Program-made: the position numbers and the translations under genes
Notes under the pieces: generated by a model
What the model was told of the DNA's origin: nothing
The model's database searches: none
Seen by the model: the letters and a program-made list of their open reading frames with translations, nothing else
Source of the DNA: Macrostomum hystrix
Taxonomy: Eukaryota > Animalia > Platyhelminthes
DNA length: 64,000 nt
Assembly (NCBI GenBank): GCA_950097015.1
Contig: CATNEN010000038.1
Span: 26,598,001-26,662,000, forward strand
Reading direction: 5' to 3'
In this document: positions 49,516-61,700 of the stretch, piece after piece
How the letters are laid out: every line of letters begins with the position of its first letter
Numbering within the stretch: position 1 is the first letter of the stretch

Positions 49516-51369
49516 ATGGCGCCGAAGGACAAAGTCCACATCAACATCGTCGTAATCGGCCACGTCGACTCCGGAAAGTCTACCTCTACTGGCCACTTGA
49601 TCTACAAATGCGGCGGCATTGACAAGCGTACCATCGAGAAGTTCGAGAAGGAAGCCCAGGAGCTTGGCAAGGGCTCTTTCAAGTACGCATGGGTGCTTGA
49701 CAAGCTCAAGGCCGAGCGTGAGCGCGGCATCACCATCGACATTGCTCTGTGGAAGTTCGAGACCGACAGGTACTACGTCACTGTCATCGACGCTCCTGGC
49801 CACAGGGACTTTATCAAGAACATGATCACTGGTACATCCCAGGCCGACTGCGCCGTTTTGATCGTCGCTGCCGGTGTGGGCGAGTTCGAGGCTGGTATCT
49901 CGAAGAACGGCCAGACCCGCGAGCACGCCCTGCTAGCCTTCACTCTCGGTGTCAAGCAGATGATCATCGGTGTCAACAAGATGGACTCCACCGAGCCTCC
50001 GTTCTCCGAGGCTCGCTACGAGGAGATCAAGAAAGAAGTTTCCACCTACATCAAGAAGGTCGGCTACAACCCTGATGCTGTGCCCTTCGTGCCAATCTCT
50101 GGCTGGCACGGCGACAACATGATCGAGCCCAGCACCAACATGCCGTGGTTCAAGGGATGGAACATCACCAGGCTGGACGCCCAGAAGAAGGAGTTCAAGA
50201 CTGACGGCAAGACTCTGATGCAGGCCCTGGATGCAATCATGCCGCCGGATCGCCCGACCAACAAGCCGCTGCGTCTTCCACTGCAGGACGTGTACAAGAT
50301 CGGTGGCATTGGCACTGTTCCTGTCGGCCGTGTCGAGACTGGCATCCTCAAGCCCGGCATGGTTGTGACGTTCGCTCCGCAGAACCTCTCGACTGAGGTC
50401 AAGTCCGTTGAGATGCATCACGAGTCTCTTGCTGAGGCTGTGCCCGGTGACAACGTCGGATTCAACGTAAAGAACGTTTCCGTCAAGGACATCCGCCGTG
50501 GCAACGTTGCTGGTGACTCCAAGAACGATCCGCCCAAGGAGGCTGGCGATTTCCTGGCTCAGGTAAGAATATACTATTTATTTTTATTGTATTTACATCT
50601 TAACATGTTTATAAGTTATCTGCGTTGTTTTAATTTACCATAATATTCAAGTTTTGTACACTTTGATAAATTGTCTGTTCCGGAGTCTGACTAGTTGATT
50701 TGATTTTGTCTAATCCTAGTCGTAGCAAATCACAATGCTTTGAAATTAGATTGTAAGTCTATAATTATGCAAAGCATATTGCAGGCTCCTAGAAAATTGT
50801 TGCTGCAGTTTTATATATGCTGCGCGCAGGTCTGCATATTCCTTTTCCTCCTTAGCCTTATATGGGCTTTGAAAGGCAGGATAAACCATGCAGATCACAA
50901 CTTATTTACTCTTGAACTTCTAGTCAAGTCATTTTCACACTTTATAAAAAACCTGCAATACTTTTTGTGTTAAGTTAACATTTACTCCCGTGTTTTATTT
51001 CAGGTCATCGTGCTGAACCACCCTGGTCAGATTCAGCCCGGCTATGCACCTGTGCTCGACTGCCACACCGCCCACATCGCCTGCAAGTTCCACGAGTTCG
51101 TCAAGAAGATCGACCGACGCAGCGGCAAGGAGCTCGAGGACAGCCCGAAGATCCTGAAGAGCGGTGACGCCGCCATGATCCGCCTGGTGCCCTCCAAGCC
51201 CCTGTGCGTGGAGGCCTTCTCCGAGTACCCGCCCCTGGGTCGCTTCGCCGTTCGCGACATGAAGCAGACCGTGGCCGTCGGCGTCATCAAGGAGGTCACC
51301 AAGAAGACTGCAGAGGGCAAGGTGACCAAGGCTGCACAGAAAGCTACTGGTGGCGCCAAGAAGAAGTGA
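49516..51369 (+). CDS. EEF1A: Elongation factor 1-alpha, 470 aa; exons 49516-50562 and 51004-51369
   Basis: [21 protein letters not shown] GTPase motifs, [11 protein letters not shown], strong C/G-ending codon bias, phase-0 GT-AG intron. Confidence 0.99.
50646..50902 (+). ncRNA. SNORA73: U17/snR30 (SNORA73)-type H/ACA snoRNA hosted in the EF1-alpha intron
   Basis: 3' hairpin with basal stem GGTCTGCAT/ATGCAGATC, carrying m1 ATATTCCT (50836-50843) and m2 AAACCAT (50883-50889); ACA box at 50897-50899, 7 nt after m2. Upstream are a 5' hairpin (GACTAG/CTAGTC; TTCAA/TTGAA), a candidate H box AAATTA (50743-50748) and an internal hairpin (50773-50820). The 5' end is approximate. Confidence 0.85.
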
Positions 51370-52916
51370 AGGACTTGTATGTTCTTTAAGTCAGTCGAAC
51401 GTTTATTCTGTCAGTCGATCAATAAAAGAGTCGAGGGCAAAGTTGTTTTAAGACTGTTTGTTTGGAATTCGAAGTCTTTGTTCGCCTTCTTGCTATTTAA
51501 TCACTTTTTATGTCTTGCTGTTTCAGGTGGGGTACCTGAAGAGTTTTCTCGGGACTCAAGGTAGTCTACAATCTTATTAACAGAAATATACGACAGTTTT
51601 GCATCTTTGGTTAAATACTTAAATAATGATACATAATTGATAACGGATATCAGCCCGTTGTTAAAGAGTCATGACAATAGATTAACGGATTAGCTTTAGT
51701 GTACTCTAATGTATAAAAATAAGCAAGAATATTAAATAAGATCAGCATAATGTATCTGAATGCCTGCCCAGAATCGCCAGTGTTTAGAACTCGAAAGTCG
51801 AAATTCTTTTTTAGTTAATCGAGATCTACGAAACGCGGATTAGTAAGCTTACTAAATAAGCTGAAGTAACCGATCCTAGAAATTGTGCACGATCTTAACT
51901 TATTTTTGTCCGCCTAACAGTTCGTAGTGCCGACAAGTACATTGGGGCTGCTGAATCATGCTCGTGGTCTGCTAGTCCATTGCCTGCTACTGAACTGTTG
52001 TATTGTGGCAGAATTAGCCAAGACCCCTGATCTAACTTAAACAAAGTATAGATTATAGACTACTAAATGGTAGTTCCTGGAAAGAAGCATGGGCAAAACT
52101 ACAGCTTTTCGATCTGATTCAGCAGGTTAGTTTGTATTGTACAGTTGTGGGCAGAGATTTTGGACTCTGCTATGCACGCTGCCACAATACTTTTTCTTTC
52201 TGCAATTTCTCGTATTACTGATAGGGAATTGTACAGTCTGCGATTTGCCTATTTTAGAATTTTCTGAATGACGATCGAATCAATCATTTCCTATACATGA
52301 CTCACCAGCCTGATGACATTATGGTTAAAACAACTGCATATGGGCATTCACAATCAGAAATTTTATGTGTAGCGTCTCAAATGAACTTTCATTTAGGATT
52401 TAACTCTAACTTTGACTCTCAGTCAAGGTCTCAATTCCTTTTATATCTGGAATTGCTGGAATTGAAGATTGCTGTTGTAGCGCATTGCTATGAATGTGCA
52501 TATACTCTGAGCCTGCAGCTGAGGCGCTCTGCGGCCATAGACATTTCCGTTTCATGCGGCCTGCGGCTTGAAAGCTGTTGTCCCTGTATTAGCAAGCTTT
52601 CGGTTCGCAGCAATTGCTCTGCACTTTTAGTGACCTAAAGACGCACGTAGGATGCGCGTTAATGTCCTTTTGGACATACAGTGCGTATTAATGTAGCTCT
52701 AGTTCTTAGACGAATGTTTAGTAGACTACATTCAAGGAATAGCTTAGCGACGGTCTGCGTCGCCGTCTCCAGAGCGTCCGAGGGGAGCGTGAGAAGGCGA
52801 TCAGCGTCTGCAACGCTGAGGGACTGAGCGACTACCCGGGTGAGCCCGCATTGCTGCCATCCCGCCGACGCTTCCCTATAGACCGACCTCGAAGAAATTA
52901 TCTTCAGGCAATTCGC

Positions 52917-55693
52917 CTAACCTCCACAACCGTTCGGGGGAGCGGCCAGAGGACCGACTGTCCATCTTGCAGGTGACGCCTGGTGGTCATCGCTGAGTGA
53001 CCCGCGCCGCCTCGCCTGGAGTTTCTGGCGCAGCAGCCTGTGGCCTGGCACGTCCAGCGTCGTCTGATTCTGGGGTGACGACCTTAACCGCCGAGCAATG
53101 CCGCCAGCAGGCCGCGCCGTCACGACGCAGCATCAGCGAGTTGCCGGCCACCCGCTGGACTGTCCAGGCTCCGCTCTCGAATGGCGTTTGCGTCTTGCTG
53201 GCACCTACTCGCCGTCGCAGCACCGAATCACCGACCTGGATTTCGTGGCGTCCGCTCGCTGCTTCATGGCGGCCCGTTGTCAGTTACGAGCTCCTGCGGG
53301 ATGCCGAATCGCGCGAACATTTCTCGCAGGCGAGGGACCAGTGCCTCGGCCGTCGTTGTCTGCATGAGCTGCACCTCCGGGAATCTCGAGTATCTGTGTC
53401 CACTCACACCAGCAGCATGTTGTTGTTGATCGGACCTACAAAGTCAGCCCAAAATCGACAACCAGGCGCCCTTAGGGATCGGCGCGTCGGCTGGAGAGGC
53501 GTAGCCCGGACGGCTGGCGTGTGAGACGTGATGGCACAGCTGCGGCATCGACTGACGAACTCCTCCGCTTATGTTGCCATTCTCGGCCACCAAACCTTGG
53601 TGCTGAGCCTTGCGGTCGTCTTCTGCGAGCACTGGTGTCCTTTGGTGCGCCAGCTCGAGCATCTGCTGCCGTAGAGCTGCTGGCACGACAATCTGCACTG
53701 ATGCCGAAGGAGAACTCCGTCTACCGCCGACAGCTCCTCTCGCAGGGCGCGGAGTGACCGCATCTCAGCGCTAGAGCGGTCCCATTGGCCGCCTTGCATC
53801 GCTGCCCGGATAACTGGGTTGCTGGCTGAGCTCTTGCAGATGTCTTCGAGCGTGATGTCTTCGGGACGGCCGCCTGTGCTACCTCGTTTATGTAGGCCTC
53901 TCTCAGCTGCTTGCTGGTCCTACGTCCTTCAGCGCTTAGAGGCTGCCTGCAGAGAGGTATGTCTGCAGCATTGGACGCTCCTGGCTGTTATTCGACCTTG
54001 AATACCAGGTGCTGGATCCGCAGCGCCATACGCTCGACTCGTTGGAGGCGGCTAGGTGTCCGCAGCCGCTTGTCATAGAATGCCAGCGTTGTCGGCTCCT
54101 TGAATTCTTGAACGGCGGCGACCTTGCTTTGTGTGGCTTGGACTCCTTCGGCATTTTCGAGCATTTAGCGTGATGCCGTGCAGCTGCACCAGGCCGCGGG
54201 TCAGGCAGGCCTCGAGGCTGCTGTTGTGCTCCGCCATCGTGCGGCCGAACACGACAACGTCGTCGTGGATTCATTTTACGCTGGGCAGGCCTGCCAGCAC
54301 TCTGCACATCACGCTCTGTAGGATCTCCTGCGAGGTGGAAAGGCCCATGCACAGCCGAGTTAGACGCCGAAGTCCTCGGGGTGTGGAGAATGTCAGCAGA
54401 TTGCGGCTTTCTTCTGCCACAGGCCCTGGTAGAACGCCTTCGCGATGTCCAGTTCCGAGAAGACGGTGCTGCCGGCCATGTCTCCCGTCACCTCTTCGGA
54501 ATCTGGTGCCGCTCGCGGATGACATAGCGATTGACATCGCGGAGGTCCTGTGTGATCTGCACTTCGCCTGGCTCCTTCTTGGGCACAACGACCATCCGCG
54601 CGACCCACGGAACTGGTCCGTCGACGGGCTCGATGATTCCGAGCTGCTCCAGTAGCTGCAGCTCCTTGTCCACTGCCTCGGCCAGGTGGATCGGTACCTG
54701 AGACGGCGCGTGACAAACTGGTCGGTCGGTCAGGTGAATGCTGACTGGCGGCCCGGTGAAGCAGCCGATGCCGCTGAGCACGCTGGAGTACTTGCGCAGT
54801 ACCCTGCCGATGATCTCAAGGGCGTCTTGGGGCATTCCACTGGATCTCGTGTTGCCGAGGAGGCTGTCGACAGCCAACTCCGCTTCCCCGACCTGCAGCA
54901 CGTGATGATCGACCGTCGGTGGTGGTCCGATCCGCAGGATTTCCATTTGAGTGGCCGTCTGCCTGCCGATGATGGTGATGCCTCTCCCTTCAACAACGTC
55001 GGCGAATAAGCGGATGGACATCGCCGCCTTGCCGAGGAGTTGCATCGGCCAGTCCGAGCCGTACGCGAACAACCTGTCAGAGGCTGCTTCCAGACGCGGC
55101 CGCTGTTTAAGGCTCTCAAACGTTGCGCGGCTAATCACATTGCGAGCCGCCCCGCTGTCGATCAGCACTGACAGTCTGGTGCAGGTGATCTCAGCTACTG
55201 TGTGGTCCAGTTGCTCCTCCTCGTCGACCTTGAATATGCCGGTGGACGGGTCGTCCACCCTCTCGTAGCTGGTCTCACCTTGGCAGCATCGCGACAGCAT
55301 TCGAATTGCTTTGGGGCGCCTCCTGCCTGGACATGCAAGCTCGGGCGAAGTGGCCTGGCTTTCCGCTGCACTTTCTGCAGATCTTGCCTTGCGCCGCGGC
55401 GCACGTGGAGCCCTGACCTGCCGCACCGATTGCAGCACACCTGCCGCCCTGGTGGCTGTTCGGCTCTCCGGATGGCTGCGAGTTGCTGCTGCGGCTCAAG
55501 TGTCCTGCCGTTCTCCATCGCGCTGGCCTGCTGCTCCGCCGCTTCTTTGGCTCTCGCCTTCCTCAGCACCTCTGTCAGGGAGATGTCGTTGCTCTGCAAG
55601 AAATCTCTCCTCAGCCTCTCGGAGTCACAGTAGGCGACGATTTTGTCTCGGATCAGCGAGTCCTTGATCGCTCCAAACTCGCACGGCTCCGCC
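52917..55693 (-). mobile_element. Degenerate Ty3/Gypsy (Mag-like) retrotransposon: gag-protease-RT-integrase remnants
   Basis: gag CEFGAIKDSLIRDKIV and CCHC knuckle CRKCSGKPGHFARAC; protease LIDSGA; RT PWVARMVVVPKK, QDLRDVN, FSELDIAKAFYQ, TFSTPRG and HDDVVVFG. Many frameshifts and deletions; the 5' end is cut by the satellite. Confidence 0.9.
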
Positions 55694-57260
55694 AAGTTGC
55701 ATGAGTTTAATGAGAAGCTGCATGAGTCCAATGAGAAACTGCATGATTTTAATGAGAAAGTACATGAGTTTAATGAGAAGCCGCATGAGTCCAATGAGAA
55801 GCCGCATGAGTCCAATGAGAAACTGCATGATTTTAATGAGAAAGTACATGAGTTTAATGAGAAGCTGCATGAGTCCAATGAGAAGCCGCATGAGTCTAAT
55901 GAGAAACTGCATGATTTTAATGAGAAAGTACATGAGTTTAATGAGAAGCTGCATGAGTCCAATGAGAAGCCGCATGAGTCCAATGAGAAACTGCATGATT
56001 TTAATGAGAAAGTACATGAGTTTAATGAGAAGCTGCATGAGTCTAATGAGAAGCTGCATGAGTCCAATGAGAAGCCGCATGAGTTTAATGAGAAGCCGCA
56101 TGAGTTTAATGAGAAGCCGCATGAGTTTTATGAGAAGCTGCATGAGTCCAATGAGAAGCCGCATGAGTTTTATGAGAAGCCGCATGAGTTTAACGAGAAG
56201 CCGCATGAGTTTTATGAGAAGCTGCATGAGTTTAATGAGAAGCTGCATGAGTCCAATGAGAAGCCGCATGAGTTTTATGAGAAGCTGCATGAGTCTAATG
56301 AGAAGCTGCATGAGTCCAATGAGAAGCTGCATGAGTCCAATGAGAAGCCGCATGAGTTTTATGAGAAGCTGCATGAGTCTAATGAGAAGCTGCATGAGTC
56401 CAATGAGAAGCCGCATGAGTTTTATGAGAAGCTGCATGAGTCTAATGAGAAGCTGCATGAGTCCAATGAGAAGCCGCATGAGTTTAATGAGAAGCCGCAT
56501 GAGTTTAATGAGAAGCCGCATGAGTTTTATGAGAAGCCGCATGAGTTTAATGAGAAGCCGCATGAGTTTTATGAGAAGCTGCATGAGTTTAATGAGAAGC
56601 TGCATGAGTCCAATGAGAAGCCGCATGAGTTTTATGAGAAGCTGCATGAGTCTAATGAGAAGCTGCATGAGTCCAATGAGAAGCCGCATGAGTTTAATGA
56701 GAAGCCGCATGAGTTTAATGAGAAGCCGCATGAGTTTAATGAGAAGCTGCATGAGTCTAATGAGAAACTGCATGATTTTAATGAGAAAGTACATGAGTTT
56801 AATGAGAAGCTGCATGAGTCCAATGAGAAGATGTATGATTTTAATGAGAAGCTGCATGAGTTTAATGAGAAGCTGCATGAGTCCAACGAGAAGCTGCATG
56901 AGTCCAATGAGAAGCCGCATGAGTTTTATGAGAAGCCGCATGAGTTTAATGAGAAGCCGCATGAGTTTAATGAGAAGCTGCATGAGTTTAATGAGAAGCT
57001 GCATGAGTCTAATGAGAAGCTGCATGAGTCTAATGAGAAGCTGCATGAGTCCAATGAGAAGCCGTATGAGTTTTATGAGAAGCTGCATGAGTCTAATGAG
57101 AAGCTGCATGAGTCCAATGAGAAGCCGCATGAGTTTAATGAGAAGCCGCATGAGTTTAATGAGAAGCCGCATGAGTTTTATGAGAAGCTGCATGAGTCCA
57201 ATGAGAAGCCGCATGAGTTTTATGAGAAGCCGCATGAGTTTAATGAGAAGCCGCATGAGT
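55694..57260. repeat. 21-bp satellite (AATGAGAAGCYGCATGAGTYY), left block
   Basis: ~74 units; shares rare variant blocks with the right block (e.g. GAGAAGATGTATGATTTT at ~56825 and 58921). Confidence 0.97.
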
Positions 57261-58226
57261 ATTGTGATTCGGGACCATTTCCAAAACTTCGGAGTGCCAG
57301 AGAAACTCGTCAGCGACGGAGGTCCACAGTTTTCCGCTCGGGAATTTCGACAGATGATAACAGAATTCAAGGTCGAGCACCGAACTTCAAGTCCGACGTA
57401 CCCGCAATCAAACGGAAGAGCAGAACGCTACGTGCAAACTGCAAAGAACATGCTGAAGAAGTGCTCAGAGACCGGACAGAACCTGGAGCTGGCATTGCTT
57501 CACTACCGTAACACTCCAGTCGGCAGCGGCTTTCCGAGTCCAGCTGAGATGGCATTCGGTCGTAAGCTTCGGTGCGACTTGCCCGCAACGGTTCAGGACT
57601 TGCGGCCAAAGGAAATTCATCTACACTCAAGCATCGAGGCCTTTGAGAAGGAGCGCACTCGCGCAGCACAATTGTACAACCGAGGAGCTCGACCATTAAG
57701 GAGATTAGCTGCTGGCGATCTGGTCTGGCTCCAACGAGGTCGTCGTGACTGGGTGGCGGCTGAGATCGACAGCGAGCTGGAGAATTGTCCAAGATCGTAC
57801 TGGGTTCGAACCGAGACTGGTCAGCTGCTCAGAAGGAATCGCCGCTTCATCAGGCCTCGAAAATTGGGTGTGCCATTGAGCGAGTCTCTCCATTGTGACA
57901 ACGACGAAGCTGAGCAGCCGGCCTCCGTGCAGCCGGCCTCCGTGCAGCCAGCCTCCGTGCAGCCGGCCTCCGTGCAGCCAGCCTCCGTGCAGCCAGCCTC
58001 CGTGCAGCCGGCCTCCGTGCAGCCGGCCTCCATGCAGCCGGCCTCCGTGCAGCCGGCCTCCGTGCAGCTGGCCTCCGTGCAGCCAGCCTCCGTGCAGCCG
58101 GCCTCCGTGCAGCCGGCCTCCGTGCAGCCGGCCTCCGTGCAGCCGGCCTCCGTGCAGCCAGTTGAACCGTACAGGACAAGGCGTGGCCGAGTCGTCAAAA
58201 AGCCTATGTTCTATCATCCAAGTTAA
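57261..58226 (+). mobile_element. 5'-truncated Gypsy integrase (second element) with a 15-bp repeat expansion (ASVQP)n in its tail
   Basis: FGVPEKLVSDGGPQF...SSPTYPQSNGRAERYVQT (D...E catalytic residues), YRNTP...SPAE, RRNRRFIR and terminal YRTRRGRVVKKP; no internal stops. Confidence 0.92.
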
Positions 58227-58584
58227 GTCTACGTGGTGATGAAGAGAAGTTTACGTTTGATTTTGATTTGAGTTAAAGTTTTATTGCACTGATTGAGCGT
58301 TTGAACCCTTGTTGCAGTTTATACCGCAAGGACGTCAGATTTAGCATTCTTTGACTGGTTAGGTGCTACAAGTCTATTGTTGTATTGCATCATTCGATTG
58401 AATTTAAAGTGCATTGTTTGTATCATTGTTGCCAACGTTATTAATCCAGCTCGACTCAGTGATTCTAGTTTTTTATATCCGCTTCCGTTCGAATATGCTT
58501 TTATACACGCTTCCCGTTGGGAAATTCTGCGAAATACTTTAATATTGTCATCGGTTAACAAATCTTATTTCGTGCGTTGGGAGA

Positions 58585-58775
58585 TGTTGTGTGTTGCGTT
58601 TTATAATCCATTACTAAATCAATATGCTAACTTGCTCTATGTACATGCCACACTGTACAATGCCTAAGTGTACAATTCAACTCGCATCGCTTGACAATAT
58701 ATAATTCTCACTTTGGCCAACTTGGGCCTTAAGAGTTTTGTCGTGCCTAAATGTCTCGCTTGTTCCAACTTAACA
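58585..58775 (+). mobile_element. 3' LTR (191 bp) of the second Gypsy element
   Basis: Short purine tract GGGAGA then TGTTG (58585); ends TAACA (58775) exactly where the satellite resumes. Confidence 0.75.
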
Positions 58776-61700
58776 GAAGCTGCATGAGTCTAATGAGAAG
58801 CTGCATGAGTCCAATGAGAAGCCGCATGAGTTTTATGAGAAGCTGCATGAGACTAATGAGAAGCTGCATGAGTTTAATGAGAAGCTGCATGAGTTTAATG
58901 AGAAGCTGCATGAGTCCAATGAGAAGATGTATGATTTTAATGAGAAGCTGCATGAGTTTAATGAGAAGCTGCATGAGTCCAACGAGAAGCTGCATGAGTC
59001 CAATGAGAAGCCGCATGAGTTTTATGAGAAGCCGCATGAGTTTAATGAGAAGCCGCATGAGTTTTATGAGAAGCTGCATGAGTTTAATGAGAAGCTGCAT
59101 GAGTCCAATGAGAAGCTGCATGAGTTTTATGAGAAGCTGCATGAGTCTAATGAGAAGCTGCATGAGTCCAATGAGAAGCCGCATGAGTTTAATGAGAAGC
59201 CGCATGAGTTTAATGAGAAGCTGCATGAGTCCAACGAGAAGCTGCATGAGTCCAATGAGAAGCCGCATGAGTTTTATGAGAAGCCGCATGAGTTTAATGA
59301 GAAGCCGCATGAGTTTTATGAGAAGCTGCATGAGTTTAATGAGAAGCTGCATGAGTCCAATGAGAAGCCGCATGAGTTTTATGAGAAGCTGCATGAGTCT
59401 AATGAGAAGCTGCATGAGTCCAATGAGAAGCCGCATGAGTTTAATGAGAAGCCGCATGAGTTTAATGAGAAGCCGCATGAGTTTTATGAGAAGCCGCATG
59501 AGTTTAATGAGAAGCCGCATGAGTTTTATGAGAAGCTGCATGAGTTTAATGAGAAGCTGCATGAGTCCAATGAGAAGCCGCATGAGTTTAATGAGAAGCT
59601 GCATGAGTCTAATGAGAAGCTGCATGAGTCCAATGAGAAGCCGCATGAGTCTAATGAGAAGCTGCATGAGTTTAATGAGAAGCTGCATGATTTTAATGAG
59701 AAAGTACATGAGTTTAATGAGAAGCTGCATGAGTTTAATGAGAAGCTGCATGAGTCTAATGAGAAGCTGCATGAGTTTAATGAGAAGCTGCATGAGTTTA
59801 ATGAGAAGCTGCATGAGTTTAATGAGAAGCTGCATGAGTCTAATGAGAAGCTGCATGAGTTTAATGAGAAGCTGCATGATTCTAATGAGAAGCTGCATGA
59901 GTTTAATGAGAAGCTGCATGAGTCTAATGAGAAGCTGCATGAGTCTAATGAGAAGCTGCATGAGTCCAATGAGAAGCTGCATGAGTTTAATGAGAAGCTG
60001 CATGAGTTTAATGAGAAGCTGCATGAGTCTAATGAGAAGCTGCATGAGTCTAATGAGAAGCTGCATGATTTTAATGAGAAAGTACATGAGTTTAATGAGA
60101 AGCTGCATGAGTTGAATGAGAAGCTGCATGAGTTTAATGAGAAGCCGCATGAGTCCAATGAGAAGCTGCATGAGTCTAATGAGAAGCTGCATGATTTTAA
60201 TGAGAAAGTACATGAGTTTAATGAGAAGCTGCATGAGTTTAATGAGAAGCTGCATGAGTCCAATGAGAAGCTGCATGAGTCTAATGAGAAGCTGCATGAG
60301 TCTAATGAGAAGCTGCATGATTTTAATGAGAAAGTACATGAGTTTAATGAGAAGCTGCATGAGTTTAATGAGAAGCTGCATGAGTCCAATGAGAAGCTGC
60401 ATGAGTTTAATGAGAAGCTGCATGAGTTTAATGAGAAGCTGCATGAGTCTAATGAGAAGCTGCATGAGTCTAATGAGAAGCTGCATGATTTTAATGAGAA
60501 AGTACATGAGTTTAATGAGAAGCTGCATGAGTTTAATGAGAAGCTGCATGAGTCCAATGAGAAGCTGCATGAGTTTAATGAGAAGCTGCATGAGTTTAAT
60601 GAGAAGCTGCATGAGTCTAATGAGAAGCTGCATGAGTCTAATGAGAAGCTGCATGAGTCTAATGAGAAGCTGCATGATTTTAATGAGAAAGTACATGAGT
60701 TTAATGAGAAGCTGCATGAGTTTAATGAGAAGCTGCATGAGTTTAATGAGAAGCCGCATGAGTCCAATGAGAAGCTGCATGAGTCTAATGAGAAGCTGCA
60801 TGATTTTAATGAGAAAGTACATGAGTTTAATGAGAAGCCGCATGAGTTTAATGAGAAGCTGCATGAGTCCAATGAGAAGCTGCATGAGTCTAATGAGAAG
60901 CTGCAGGAGTCTAATGAGAAGCTGCATGATTTTAATGAGAAAGTACATGAGTTTAATGAGAAGCTGCATGAGTCCAATGAGAGGCTGCATGAGTCCAATG
61001 AGAAGCTGCATGAGTTGAATGAGAAGCTGCATGAGTCCAATGAGAAGCTGCATGAGTCCAATGAGAAGCCGCATGAGTTTAATGAGAAGCCGCATGAGTT
61101 TAATGAGAAGCTGCATGAGTCCAACGAGAAGCTGCATGAGTCCAATGAGAAGCCGCATGAGTTTTATGAGAAGCCGCATGAGTTTAATGAGAAGCCGCAT
61201 GAGTTTTATGAGAAGCTGCATGAGTTTAATGAGAAGCTGCATGAGTCCAATGAGAAGCCGCATGAGTTTTATGAGAAGCTGCATGAGTCTAATGAGAAGC
61301 TGCATGAGTCCAATGAGAAGCCGCATGAGTTTAATGAGAAGCCGCATGAGTTTAATGAGAAGCCGCATGAGTTTTATGAGAAGCCGCATGAGTTTAATGA
61401 GAAGCCGCATGAGTTTTATGAGAAGCTGCATGAGTTTAATGAGAAGCTGCATGAGTCCAATGAGAAGCCGCATGAGTTTAATGAGAAGCTGCATGAGTCT
61501 AATGAGAAGCTGCATGAGTCCAATGAGAAGCCGCATGAGTCTAATGAGAAGCTGCATGAGTTTAATGAGAAGCTGCATGATTTTAATGAGAAAGTACATG
61601 AGTTTAATGAGAAGCTGCATGAGTTTAATGAGAAGCTGCATGAGTCTAATGAGAAGCTGCATGAGTTTAATGAGAAGCTGCATGAGTTTAATGAGAAGCT

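Noticed and set aside
49501-50421. Antisense and alternate-frame ORFs over EF1A
   Set aside because: By-products of strong GC3 codon bias in a highly expressed gene.
52265-52360. U3 or C/D snoRNA (ATCATTTCCTATA, ATGACGA, CTGA/TGATGA)
   Set aside because: Box order and spacing do not fit; boxes B and C' are absent.
55701-58226. 841-aa repeat-integrase fusion protein
   Set aside because: Chance in-frame junction between the satellite and a truncated integrase that lacks its zinc finger and first catalytic Asp.
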